The notes under the pieces are model-generated. The model saw nothing but the letters and a program-made list of their open reading frames with translations. It was not told the origin of the DNA and made no database searches. A program made the position numbers and the translations under genes. DNA of 64,000 nt. Source: Yuukianura sp. NJ FZ-2021. Taxonomy: Eukaryota. Of the stretch, positions 53,240-64,000 are shown piece by piece; the stretch's first letter is position 1; every line of letters starts with the position of its first letter. The DNA is taken from assembly GCA_046563655.1 (NCBI GenBank), contig JAJCTO010000010.1, positions 620,001-684,000 of the forward strand, in the 5' to 3' direction.

Positions 53240-53951
53240 ATTTACAAATGCTGCACTATGTTTACTACTGACATGCTTCTCCAAATACTGGAGGGATACT
53301 CTGAAGCGAATTTCATAATTTTCGGTGCAAAAATGCCAAAGTTATTGGCTCCCGAAGTTGACCCTGTAGTAAAAACACTTTCCACTGAAGGTTACAGCCG
53401 AAGGGTCATCCAAAAACGATTGGAGGTCAAAGGTCATCGTGTAAGTTTACAAACCATATCCAATATAACCAATACCAAAGGTAAAATTCGCGAAAATGGG
53501 CAAAACATTGGAGTATTGTGTAGCGTCCTCACACCGCTACTCCAATCCAATATGGCCGCAGCCACGCTCTCAGACTCCAAATAAACTCTGAGTCCACAGA
53601 CTCATCAACTATCCAATCAATCAGTGAACTCGCTGAAACACCTAAACCACATCTGCGGTTAAATATATAAAATATATTTAATAAGCAGTAAGAATAAATG
53701 TGTACATCACTGAAAACTACTAATCTCTCGAGCGAAGACTTTGAAAGGGGTTTGGAAATTTTTGAACCAGGAGTGGAACGCGGTGACCCCGGAAAAGGTC
53801 AAATTAGTGTTCGCAGAGTGAAAAAGAAGATGCCGCTTAATTAGACAATTGCATGGGCTTCATGTTGAAGCCACTCCCAAAATTCACCGTCGCCGTATTG
53901 CTAATTAATAAACGTTTCTAAATTGGCTAAATAAACTCGCCCTACCCTCTG
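53240..53951 (+). mobile_element. Internally deleted Tc1/mariner-like remnant
   Basis: N-terminal HTH-like MPKLL..GYSRRVIQKRL..VSLQTISN; C-terminal EWNAV..VF..KRRCRLI..GLHVE; end ..CCCTCTG followed by TA. Confidence 0.55.
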
Positions 53952-53953
53952 TA

Positions 53954-54594
53954 TGTGAAACATATTCGACTGTTCCGCCTTAAGTACTCCAGCGCAAAGT
54001 CCTAAAAATACGACACCGACAAATTTGTATCAATAGCCTTCCACAGCCTTTCGCAGACATGCGTCTGCAAAAGACTAAAAGTGGGTTTTCTACACATTGA
54101 AGTCCAGCCAAACTTTGTTATGATGTCATGTGACGCGTTTGACAATGAATTTGTCAAATGGCCGGAAAACTTTCCACTTAAATTTGATATAAAGAGAAAT
54201 GTTAGAGCAGGCTACTCAGATACGTTGTAACTTGATATACTAAGCCGCACTGAGGTTTCAAAATCAGTGCCCTAACCTATTTACGCTGAAACTTACGTTA
54301 GATTAGCAAGACAGAGACCGCGCTAGAAACTAGCTCTACGTGAAACATATTCGATTGTTCCGCCTTAAGTACTCCAGTGCAAAGGGCCCTAAAAACACGA
54401 CACCGACAAATTTGTATCAATAGTCTTCCACAGCCTGTCGCAGACATGCGTCTGCAAAAGACTGAAAGTGGGTTTTCCACAAATTGAAGTCCAGTCGCTG
54501 GTGTAACATACAAACCCTGTTATGATGCCATGTAACGCGTTTGACAATGAATTTGTCAAATGGCCGGAAAACTTTCCACTTAAATTTGATATAA
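53954..54594. repeat. ~240-bp diverged direct repeat (53954-54193 and 54339-54594)
   Basis: Both run GTGAAACATATTCGA...AAATTTGATATAAA. Confidence 0.85.
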
Positions 54595-54599
54595 ATATA

Positions 54600-56930
54600 T
54601 AATTGTTGGGTCCTCGCCCTTTGATTGTTTGTAGGACGAATGGCCCAGCATAGTCAACTCCCGTATGATGAAATGGAGGTGACGGAGTGACTCGTGGCTT
54701 AGGAAGAGTACCCATTAACTGGCTCATTGTCCTCTGACGCAGTAGTTTGCAACGAATGCAACGATTGCAAACAGACTTGATCAAGTCTCTGGCATGGGTA
54801 ATCCAGTACTGCTCACGAAGAAGAGAAAGAAGTAATCGGTTGCCAGCATGGTGTTATTTGTTGTGGAAATACTCGACAAGCAGCTTGGCAAATGGAGATC
54901 TGCTGTTGAGGATCAATGGATGCTTGGCAGACTCTGGAAGTGACGACTGATGAAGCCGTCCACCGACTCGGAGAGATCTCTCCGTATCTAGATATGGGGA
55001 GAGACTTAGTAATGAACTTGTTTGTTTGACCTTACTATTTTTCTCCAAAGTATTAATTTCATCCTAAAAGTACTGTTGTTGTGAGAGTTGAGCAACCCCG
55101 GTTCTTGCCAAATCGTAAAACTCAACTGACCAAAGCGGTGGGGCTTCCTTCTTCTGTAATTTCAATTTGTAGACGAGGAGACACCCAACCACACGAATCA
55201 ATTTGTGGTATGACGAATACCTAACTAAAATGGGAAATGAACATGTAACGGTTAACATTTTAACCTTACGTTCCTCCTTGAGAATCAGTTCGGTGTGCTC
55301 CTTGGAACTAGTGAATGAAGGAAGTCCTGGTTGAGATAAAAATGCTGGTCCTTCCCACCACAACTGATTGTTAGTTAGATCTTTAAGAGGGATCCCTCTT
55401 GTCCCACAGTCAGCTGAGTTAATCTCGCCTGGTATGAATTTCCAAGATTCTGTCGGGATCAATTGTTGGATTTTAGAGACCCTGTTTGCTGCAAAGGTCA
55501 TCCAGCGACGTGATGAGCAGGAGATCCATCGTAATGTAATCTCACTGTCTGTCCAACAGTAGATTGGACAGTTTAGATCTAAACTTGAAACAAGAGATGA
55601 AATTAATTTTGAAAGGAGCAATGCTCCACACAGTTCGAGACGTGGAAGGCTTTGAGCCTTAGTCGGAGCCACTCTCGTTTTGGACGCTAGGATCCTAGCG
55701 ATTAATGCGTTGTCCTTGAAAGTCCTGATGTACACGACCGCACAATAAGCCTTTTCAAAGGAATCGGCAAACCCATGAATCTCCATTTGGTTGAAGTTAG
55801 GCTGAATGACACAGCGTGGAATTGATATTCGATTCAATTCATTCAGTGATAGACCAAGATGGATCCATCTTTCTTTCATGTCAGTTGACGGTGGTTGGTC
55901 CCATCCAAGATTTAGATTCCACAACTGCTGAAAGAAGACTTTACATGAAATTACGAATGGAGCCAGCAGCCCCAATGGATCGAAGATTTTCGATAAGTCC
56001 TGTAAGACTACTCGTTTTGTTATGTTATGCAAATGATTAAATTCAAACTTATTGAAATACAGTGAATCTGAACCTGGATTCCAACTTACGGTAAGGGCCT
56101 TGGTACTGGACCCTTCAGTCAAGGATTGAGGGGAGATCTCCACCTGACTTTGATCAATTTGTGTAAGTACCTCCTTGCTGTTGGAAGCCCACTTTGTAAT
56201 TCCGAGTTGTCCTTTTGCCAATAGTTGTATCAATTGACGCTGGAGTTCTACCACTTGAGTGCTGGTGGATCCACCAGAGAGAAGATCATCCACGTAGAAA
56301 TCGTTTTCAATTGCATGTTTTGCTAGTGGAAACTGATCCCCTTCGTCTCGGGCCAGGTGTACAAGGGCTCGAACTGCGCAGAACGGAGCCGAGGACGTTC
56401 CATACGTGATGGTCTTCAATCTGTATTCCTTAACTGGAAGGTCAGGAGACTCTCGCCAAAGGATCCTTTGGTAGCGGGAGTCCTGATCAGGAACTAAAAA
56501 TTGTCTGTACATCTTGGTGATGTCAGACTTAATAGCAATCGGGTGAAATCGGAATTTAGACAAATGAGTAAAGACATCCGGTTGAATGGTAGGACCCACC
56601 ATGAGACATTTGTTCAACGTCAACCCGGATTCTAACTTACATGATCCGTCAAACACGACACGAAGCTTTGTGGTTGTGCTATCTTCCTCTAGACCAAAAT
56701 GATGAGGAAGGTAGCAAGAGAGGATGGATCCATCCTGAGTCCTCTCTCCAAATTCATTTGGTTTGACCTCTTCCATGTGACCTAATTTGATGTAATCAGC
56801 CATGACTTTATATTACTCACTTTTGTGCTCAGTGTGACGTTCCAGTCTACGTTCGGTGTGATGGAGCCTCCGCACAGCGATTTCCCTGGATGGTCCAAGG
56901 TTGACAATATTTGGTTTGAACGGAAGTGTG
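54600..56930 (-). mobile_element. Truncated BEL/Pao pol fragment (RT, RNase H, start of integrase), related to element A
   Basis: YLPHHF..STTTKLRVVFDGS, FYVDD, WTDSEITLRW, LRVGGRL, GVDYAGP; stops and frameshifts. Confidence 0.92.
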
Positions 56931-57063
56931 TAGAATAGAGGGGGCCACCACTGACCCAAGAATGACCTGAAAGCTCTCTCCCATGTCTGGTGAAAGGCAA
57001 ACTGATCTTTATTAACAATAAGCCGGTTGTAAACCGCGCATACTGATAATAGCTCAGAAATAA

Positions 57064-57378
57064 GGGGTTGCCCCCCAGGGGGTGGGGGTATTCCCCCCAC
57101 TTTCCCGCCCCCCCCAAGGGGAGTGGGGGTGTTCCCACCACTTTTTTGCTCCGCACCCCAGGGAGCACGGGGGTGTGTTCCGCCACGTTCCCGCCCCCCA
57201 GGGGGAGTGCAGGTGTTCCCCCACTTTTTTGTTTCGCACCCCAGGGAGCGCGGGGGTGTGTTCCGCCACTTTTCCGCCCCTCCGGGGGGAGTGCGGGTGT
57301 TCCCCCACTTTTTTGTTCCGCACCCCAGGGAGCGCGGGGGTGTGTTACGCCACTTTTCCGCCCCTCCGAAGGGAGTGA
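57064..57378. repeat. GC-rich ~84-bp tandem repeat (~3.5 copies)
   Basis: GCACCCCAGGGAG at 57153, 57236, 57320; ~42-bp subunits. Confidence 0.88.
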
Positions 57379-57787
57379 GTTTCCATTTCTAAATTCATTA
57401 CCTAACTAGGTAAATTCAGAAATGGAAACTTTTTGCAAAAAAAAACTTCAAACTAGAGTTATTGTCTAACCTTTAAAGAAAAAGTATTTCTTTGTTTATC
57501 CACCTTGGGCAGCACGAACCAGCTTCGATTTGTTGTAAATATTAAACCTCAAAGTTTCGCAGTTCATAACTTCTGAAAGCACGATTTAAAAATCAACTTC
57601 CGGTGAAAGAGTTGCAGAATTTCAAGGCTCCCTGTATTATATTTACAAAGGCACATACATAGTGTGCAGGATTCAAAACAAATACTTGCCCCGATTACTC
57701 ATTTTTCATATACATTTCGATTTGTCGCTCAGTAGTGAAAGTAGTGATGCAAGAAGTATTGCACACAAATTTGTAAGCTTGTGGTCA

Positions 57788-58942
57788 TTACTTTAGGCTT
57801 TCAAACACATTTGTACCAGTATTCTGTTCCGCGTTTGTCTGGTTTAGTATTTTGGTGTCCAACCTAATGTACTTCGGAGTACGTACTGTGTAAATCCCAC
57901 ATGCAAAAACAACTTGAGTTAGTTCAGTTTTGTAGCCAGGGAGAACTGAGAATGTCAGTGAGTGCGTTGTTTGTTCCAAAGTCATCATAGTTCTGCCGCC
58001 TCTTGCTAGAGCCTCAGACTGGACCCGTGATTGAAGCACTTCGTCGATAGAGGCAAGGTCATATCCCAATTTCTCGTACTCTTCAATTTCCCTTAACTGC
58101 GTGTTACCAGAATGACTTACACCTACTTTTTTCGTGAAACTGCATATCAACGGTGTGAAGCCTCGGGTGTTATCGCATTCCTTTATAACGTCCAAAGTTT
58201 CTTGCGGTGCACATGTTTCCGCGGGATTGGGAACGTCGCAACACATCATGTCAACGTTGTTTAAAGCAGTATCGTCACCTTCAATTTTTAAGAGGTTTAG
58301 GTTTACTTATAAAACACTAGGTTAGGACAAAAGATTTATGTCGCACTAACCGTCCCCGCGGTATGGCTCTACTTGGGTTCGAATCCCACAAACTTCTTGC
58401 CGATCCAAACATTTTTGTGGAGCAGTCCAACTTCCTCTAGCCGTTCCGGAACCCATTAGTAATGTTTTTCCTGAACAAAATAGATTAATGTTGTTGGCGG
58501 CTGTGTCATCATCATCACTCTTGTCCCCAAAGTACCAACTGAAAAATCCAGAAACAAGTCCGTTTCGACGTGGCGCCTCGGTCCTGAGCTCGAAGCCAGT
58601 TACAAAAGTATTCTGTGGGCAGTACTTAACAATTCCCCATTCGCCAAAGCTCCCTTCCTTCGAGCTAATTTTGGAAAAGTTCCCGGGAATTACACTTCCT
58701 CCAATTCCTCCGCAGTAGAGTTTGATGGCATTCAGCGCAGTATTGTCGAACACTCCCGGCTGTCGGATGGATTCCACCCTCAATTCCATTCCAATTACAA
58801 ACTGACCTGTAGGGCAATAAGCAAAGCCTCCCCAAGTGCCCCAATTCGTGACTCTAGGAGAGGAAATTATGAATTTACAGTTGGCGTACGCAGTAACAAC
58901 CACCAGAATTCCCACCAAACTAAACCCGCTCATTGCTTCCAT
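57788..58942 (-). CDS. Secreted VMO-I (vitelline membrane outer layer protein 1) domain protein with C-terminal extension; exons 58942-58351 and 58278-57788
   Basis: Signal peptide; three WG.W..CP..G..L..E..D.TA.N..L.C repeats; 72-bp GT-AG intron restores GDDTALNNVDMMCC. Confidence 0.88.
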
Positions 58943-59650
58943 CGTGCCTCGAGTTGTTTTGTTTCTATCGTCTTTTTGATAGGAAAACTCCAACACTGTT
59001 CTCTGGAAAAAGTTGTTAAGACAGTGCTCAGGATGACTCTATTAAAGACAACGTTGTCTTGTCACCTTGTTATTTTCTGTGTACTTTCTAACAATTGAAA
59101 CATAAACGTGAAGGTTAACTGCACTGCGGCGAAGTGCTTTGAAGAAAGTTAGGCTTTGTTTAGTGAAAATGGTATTGTTTGGTATTTGAAGGTTTCTCAC
59201 ATGAAGCAAAAAATGTCGAAGGGCGAACTTTGAAATGGATGTTACCTCATGCGGCGGTTATAAAAATGGGACATTATGACGTAAGAACAGAATTAAGAAC
59301 GTCATTCTGTTAAGTTTACGGATACATCGCATATGGGTACAAACATGTTATTGTAAAACTTTACGGCTGGAATCAAATCAAGGACGCCATAATGTACTTG
59401 TAAGTTGGTAAAATCCGAAAGGGTTGTCAGCAATGTCGCATTTGTAAAGGCTATGTGTCTGTGCATAAGCACATGCACTACTATGCGGATGAAACTGCAA
59501 TTAAAAAACCAACATGATCATTTGTCCATGCCTCTACTTGAGTATCCACGTCAACAATCTTAGAGTTGTCGAGGTGATTATCGGTTTTTAGTCTTCTGGT
59601 ATGGGGCTTTAACAACGACACTATTCAAAATATTTTTATTTTTAAAAACT

Positions 59651-59800
59651 TTGTAAATTACGAGGTTGAAAATTTCCAACCCCGTAAATTACGAAGTCGA
59701 AAAGTTCCAACCTCTCAAATTACGAAGTTGAAAATTTCCAACCTTGTAAATTACGGAGTTGGAAATTTCCAACCTTGTAAATTACGGAGTTGGACAAGTT
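59651..59800. repeat. 31-bp tandem repeat, ~5 copies
   Basis: AAATTACG at 59655, 59686, 59717, 59748, 59779. Confidence 0.88.
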
Positions 59801-59872
59801 CCGAAGTCGAAAAGTGTGATAGCCCTTATTATACGGAGTTGAAAAAGTTTACGAGTTTTGAAAATGCAACTT

Positions 59873-61381
59873 CACTATGGCACATACGCAGCCTGGCGCG
59901 ACCGAGTCGCAAATCGAAAAGTCGCTCCCAGGAGCGACTAGTCGCAGCTGACAGCGACCTGGTCGCAGCCAGGTTAGGAAAAGTCGCAAGTGGAAGCGAC
60001 TTTGTAGTTTTTCGCGTTTAGGACGTATTTCCCACCGGTGAAAGTTTGAGTTTTTAATTTAATCGAAAGAAAATTACTTTTTTTAAATTTTCACCGTGGG
60101 GTTTCTTGCCCTTCAGACTGGTTACAAAGTTATTCAAAAAACCGTTTTCAAACCCCGAATTCTCGCTGTTTGAGGCGTTCATTTTTCATAAGCAGGGTAC
60201 CACGATTTTAGTTTTTTAATCAGTAATTTCTCTTTCCATTGCTTAAGCAGTTTCCGAGATATTTTCAAAAAAGTGAAGGGAAGTCGAGCAGGTCGCCGCT
60301 AGGGTAGGCCGGGCCGCAGCCTGGTGCGACCCGAGAATTAAAACCAGGGCACAAATCGGCAACGTTGCAATGGATTAATTTCTCATTATAACCCGAATTA
60401 ATCCAATGTTCATATAAATGAAATAATTCATATGAAACGATAATAATAATTCATATGAATTAAAATTCCTTAAAAAATTGAAATATTATTTTAGATCAAC
60501 TAGCTTTTAACACGACATGTTCATGTTACCCTTACTATCTTTCGTATGTTAAAGCAGTGCACGTAGTTCGTATAATTCGTATATACAAGGAATTACGTAT
60601 ATACGGGGTATAATGCCCGTAGTTTTCAGGATGCCCCAATGCTAAATACATTCAGTATGTAAAATACGTATTATACAATTATACGTATAATACGGTAGAA
60701 TACTGTATTCCAAAAATACAGTATTTTACGTGCCCTGTGTTAAAGTATTAGTTCAACCTCACAAGTTAAGAATTTTAATATCAAAAACTTTTTACGGGTA
60801 ATTTTAGATTAAATAGACAATTTTGATATTTTAACCAAATTTTTGTTAAAACAAAAGTAACATGGTTTAAACCAAGAACCAGATTTCTTTTGTTTGTTTT
60901 TTAATTAAAAACCGAAAACCAAACAACCCTGTGCCCACTGTATTCCGTGTCCATTGTTTCTGTTTTTGTCTTTCAAAAGGATCATCATGACTGACGTGCT
61001 TCGTCATTTCCTTAAGATTTATTTTTTATTATAAATAATTCATACAGATTTTTATCACAAGAATAATTATTTTTCTTGTGATATAAATCCGTTTAGAAAT
61101 TGTATTTACCAAAAATTAAAAACGTGATTTTAATCAGTATATAATGTACTATAAAATAGTGCTTGAATGTAAAACTGCATAGTAAATATAGGCAACAGCG
61201 CTTTTCAAAAAAATTTGCGACCGGTCGCTTCCAGTAGCGACTTTCCGTGCTTTGGTAACAAAATCAACAGATGGCTCTCGCAAGCGGTCGCTCCTGGAAG
61301 CGTTTTAGTCGCAGCCTCGAGCGACCCAGGGTCGCTCCCAGAAGCGATTTGGTCGCTCCAGCATGCGTAAGTGCCATACTG
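59873..61381. mobile_element. Non-autonomous TIR transposon, Transib-like
   Basis: Ends CACTATGGCACATACGCA / TGCGTAAGTGCCATACTG, many GTCGC/GCGAC subterminal motifs, flanks AACTT / ACCTT (4 of 5). Confidence 0.6.
60555..60737. mobile_element. 183-bp hAT-type MITE
   Basis: TIRs CAGTGCACGTA / TACGTGCCCTG; 8-bp TSD TGTTAAAG (60547-60554, 60738-60745). Confidence 0.85.
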
Positions 61382-61728
61382 ACCTTACTTGCCTCCTTAA
61401 TTGGGGGGAAAGAGTTCAGAAGGAGGCAAGCCACCGTCCAGTGTTGCCACCACGTGTTATGAGTATGACACAGGGAATACGGGGCAAAGGGCCAAGTTTT
61501 GTCAAATCTGCTTGCACCGATACCACACTGTGGAACGTTTGGTTGAGGTGAACCGGAATTCCATGTAACCACCAAGTCCAATTCCTCCGCCGCCATTCTA
61601 TTGTCATTACAGTTTCTGCTTAGTTGTGTAGACTACACAATTCCCAAAAAGAAACTCCGTTGAAGTAAGCCTAAGAGACTACAGTGTACCCACTCATAGT
61701 TCCAGGTGATAACCGACGATCCTTTACG

Positions 61729-61840
61729 CGACAATCCTAAAATCGACAATTTCAAAAATCGACAATTCCAAAAATCGGCAACGCATTAACCGACAATCCT
61801 AAAATCGACAATTTCAAAAATTGACAATTCCAAAATCGGT
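61729..61840. repeat. 15-16-bp tandem repeat, ~7 copies
   Basis: CGACAAT(C/T)(C/T)..AAAAT units. Confidence 0.8.
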
Positions 61841-62358
61841 AAAATTGAACTGTTGGGGTGTAGCACTGATTCGCATGTGGCCCAAGCAAGACTTAGACAA
61901 TAGAACCTATGGAGACGTAATCACTGTGGCGTGCTTTACCAAACCTAGTAGTCCAAATGGACAAATCAAACCGTACTTGCCAAAAGTCAACAGTACTTGC
62001 AGCTGTGGGGGATTCTGATTTAATCGTTCAGAAAGATGCTGATACATGTGATGCTGGTACCTGTGTAACTGACTAATGCGGAGATTGGTAGTGCGGTTCA
62101 TGTATCGATAAGAGTTTAACAACTCCAGTAGTGCTGTTAGTTCGTGCATTGTAATTCGTAAATATTATGATTTTAGGCTTCTACCTCCCTACAGTTATTG
62201 GCCAGCCTGACTAACCACTAACTCCTTCATTAATTACTTATTTGCAAATTATCACCGCCCCAAAGAAACTGATTATAATCTTTCGCAGAAACGGTCCCGG
62301 AGGCGGATTATAAACCGAGAAAAAAAGGATCCTCTTCTAAAAAGAATCGGATTCTTTT

Positions 62359-63207
62359 AGTCTTCTGGAGACGCGCGTCTACGACGGGCTGAAGAAGACT
62401 ATTGATACGACTTTGTCTGTGTGTTCACTTTTTAGGACTTTTTGCACTGAAACATAAGCCTTTTTCTGTTCGGGGGGTTATGTTTGCCTCAAGTGTTTTC
62501 AGTAGGTCTACATTCCACTCAAAGTGTTAAATTAACAACGTAGAAGTTGGCGGCTACTTTACCTACCCGCAGTATCGTGGCTCCGCAAAACAGTTCTGGT
62601 TTCGATTGAACTCAAAATATTTTTAAACAACGATGTTTTGATCTGCTCATTTTGTGACAATATGTTAACTTACGTTGGTAAATTGAGACTGATCAGAGAG
62701 TAGAAAATCCGGCTTAAATGTTTAATATGTGAATAGTGCATAACATGGGTCAAATTTGCATTTACTAGAAATTTTTATAATTTCGATTTCAACAAGCGAT
62801 ATTCGACCCTTCACCCCAGCGTTTATTTTTGTGCATGTTGTGCACTTATGACCACCAAGAATACATAAACGCTGAATTGTGCATTTACGTGAACCAATTT
62901 TGACTTAAAAAAGCTATGCTGGACTCCACATTCTATTTTCACATTTTTTTCACATTTTGGTGCAATTGTGCAGATGAATGCCCCACATCTGCACCGAAAA
63001 TTATGAGCGATGTTTCGTTGCATAAATCTCGTGAAAACGGTTTCTTAACGTTTTTCTTGAACGGGTTTCTCTTCGACGGGTTTGCGGACAGCCAGTGAAA
63101 AGCCGTATCAATTGCCATGGGGTTGCGGACAGCCGGTCAAAAGCCGTATCAATTGCCAGCTCCCTCCAGAAGACCTATGCTCAACCCTTGAGCATCGTCC
63201 TACCTTG
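62359..63207 (+). mobile_element. Second DINE-1/HINE-like element
   Basis: Same termini, subterminal IRs and 3' hairpin as 21786-22794; T-run flanks; diverged interior. Confidence 0.8.
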
Positions 63208-63229
63208 TTTTGGACCGAGAGAACCCCTA

Positions 63230-63674
63230 TTGTAAACCCTGCAATTGAATGCTTAAATGACGCAGTATTATGTTTCGAGTCGTAAATTTGGCCCCGTTAG
63301 CAATGAGAGGAATACCGCCGAAAATATCGCTTTTCATATATTGTATGAGACGCATTGAAAAAAGTTTTGTATAGAAATGGCATAACAGTTGTGCTAGACC
63401 TAACAAAAACAACTGTTTTCGATTTACAACGATTCAGCAAAAAGCTTAGGGTGTTGAAAACAATGCTAAAATTTTTCCAGTATTTTGAATCATTTGAAAA
63501 GCCTTCGTATCAATGGATTCAGAGCAACTTATTAGAATGCTGATGCAAAATTTTGTAAACTCTGCAATTGAATGCTTAAATGACGCAGTATTATGTTTCG
63601 AGTCGTAAATTTGGCCCCGTTAGCAATGAGAGGGATACCGCCGAAAATATCGCTTTTCATATATTGTATGAGAC
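63230..63674. repeat. ~122-bp direct repeat (63230-63352 and 63552-63674)
   Basis: TTGTAAAC.CTGCAATTGAATG...TTGTATGAGAC occurs twice. Confidence 0.88.
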
Positions 63675-64000
63675 AGTAGTAGCCTAGGGGGGACTTTCAC
63701 GCCAAATCGACCATTGGACCCATAAGGTTTAAAACCCACTGGCGTGAGATCCTTATGACTTATCAAAGTCAGACTAATTAAGACATTATAGAACATTATA
63801 CAACTTAATTAACACTTCCTGTGACAAAGCTTAACATTAATTAAGACCAATTAACACTCCCGTGAGATCCTACAAGACAAGGACTTTTCACGTCAAATCA
63901 ACCTTTGGACCCATAAGGTTTTAAAGCCACTGACGTGAGATCCATAAGAAACCGCAAACACCATTTGGTGGTTGTGGTGTGATCGTTTTATTCCGTCTCC

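Noticed and set aside
53519..53709. Solo LTR inside the Tc1-like remnant
   Set aside because: TG..CA ends and AATAAA are present, but there is no convincing TSD or second copy.
56782..57409. Pro/Gly-rich ORFs
   Set aside because: Translations of the GC-rich tandem repeat in several frames.
61264..62149. Short ORFs on both strands
   Set aside because: No recognisable motifs or consistent exon structure.

Overview
Eukaryotic (invertebrate-like: 60-75 bp GT-AG introns) TE-dense window. Left part: a probable Gypsy 3' LTR and a decayed BEL/Pao element carrying nested insertions (hAT MITE, tRNA-His-related retro-fragment, and an intact young BEL/Pao element with identical 357-bp LTRs), fused to a decayed Ty3/Gypsy pol. 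Centre: two head-to-tail copies of one Maverick/Polinton (adintovirus-like) element. Copy 1 (18606-34847) is right-truncated and hit by a DINE-1/HINE-like element and a full-length LINE. Copy 2 (34853-53018, 18.2 kb, ~185-bp TIRs) is essentially complete: pPolB, ATPase, integrase, minor and major capsid, adenain protease and core proteins. Main result: manual splicing shows that this Maverick encodes intron-containing genes that the ORF track breaks up. These are a BIR-RING IAP, a 3-exon F-box/LRR gene, a 6-exon RING-H2/coiled-coil/AT-hook gene, a small 2-exon ORF, and an N-terminal zinc-finger exon of pPolB. Together they form a three-part ubiquitin-ligase toolkit placed next to AP-1-site-rich TIRs, while the virion/integration module is intronless. 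Right part: Tc1/mariner and BEL fragments, satellites, a host VMO-I gene with a possible aerolysin-like tail, MITEs and a possible start of another Maverick. All calls come from motif reading; no database searches were run.
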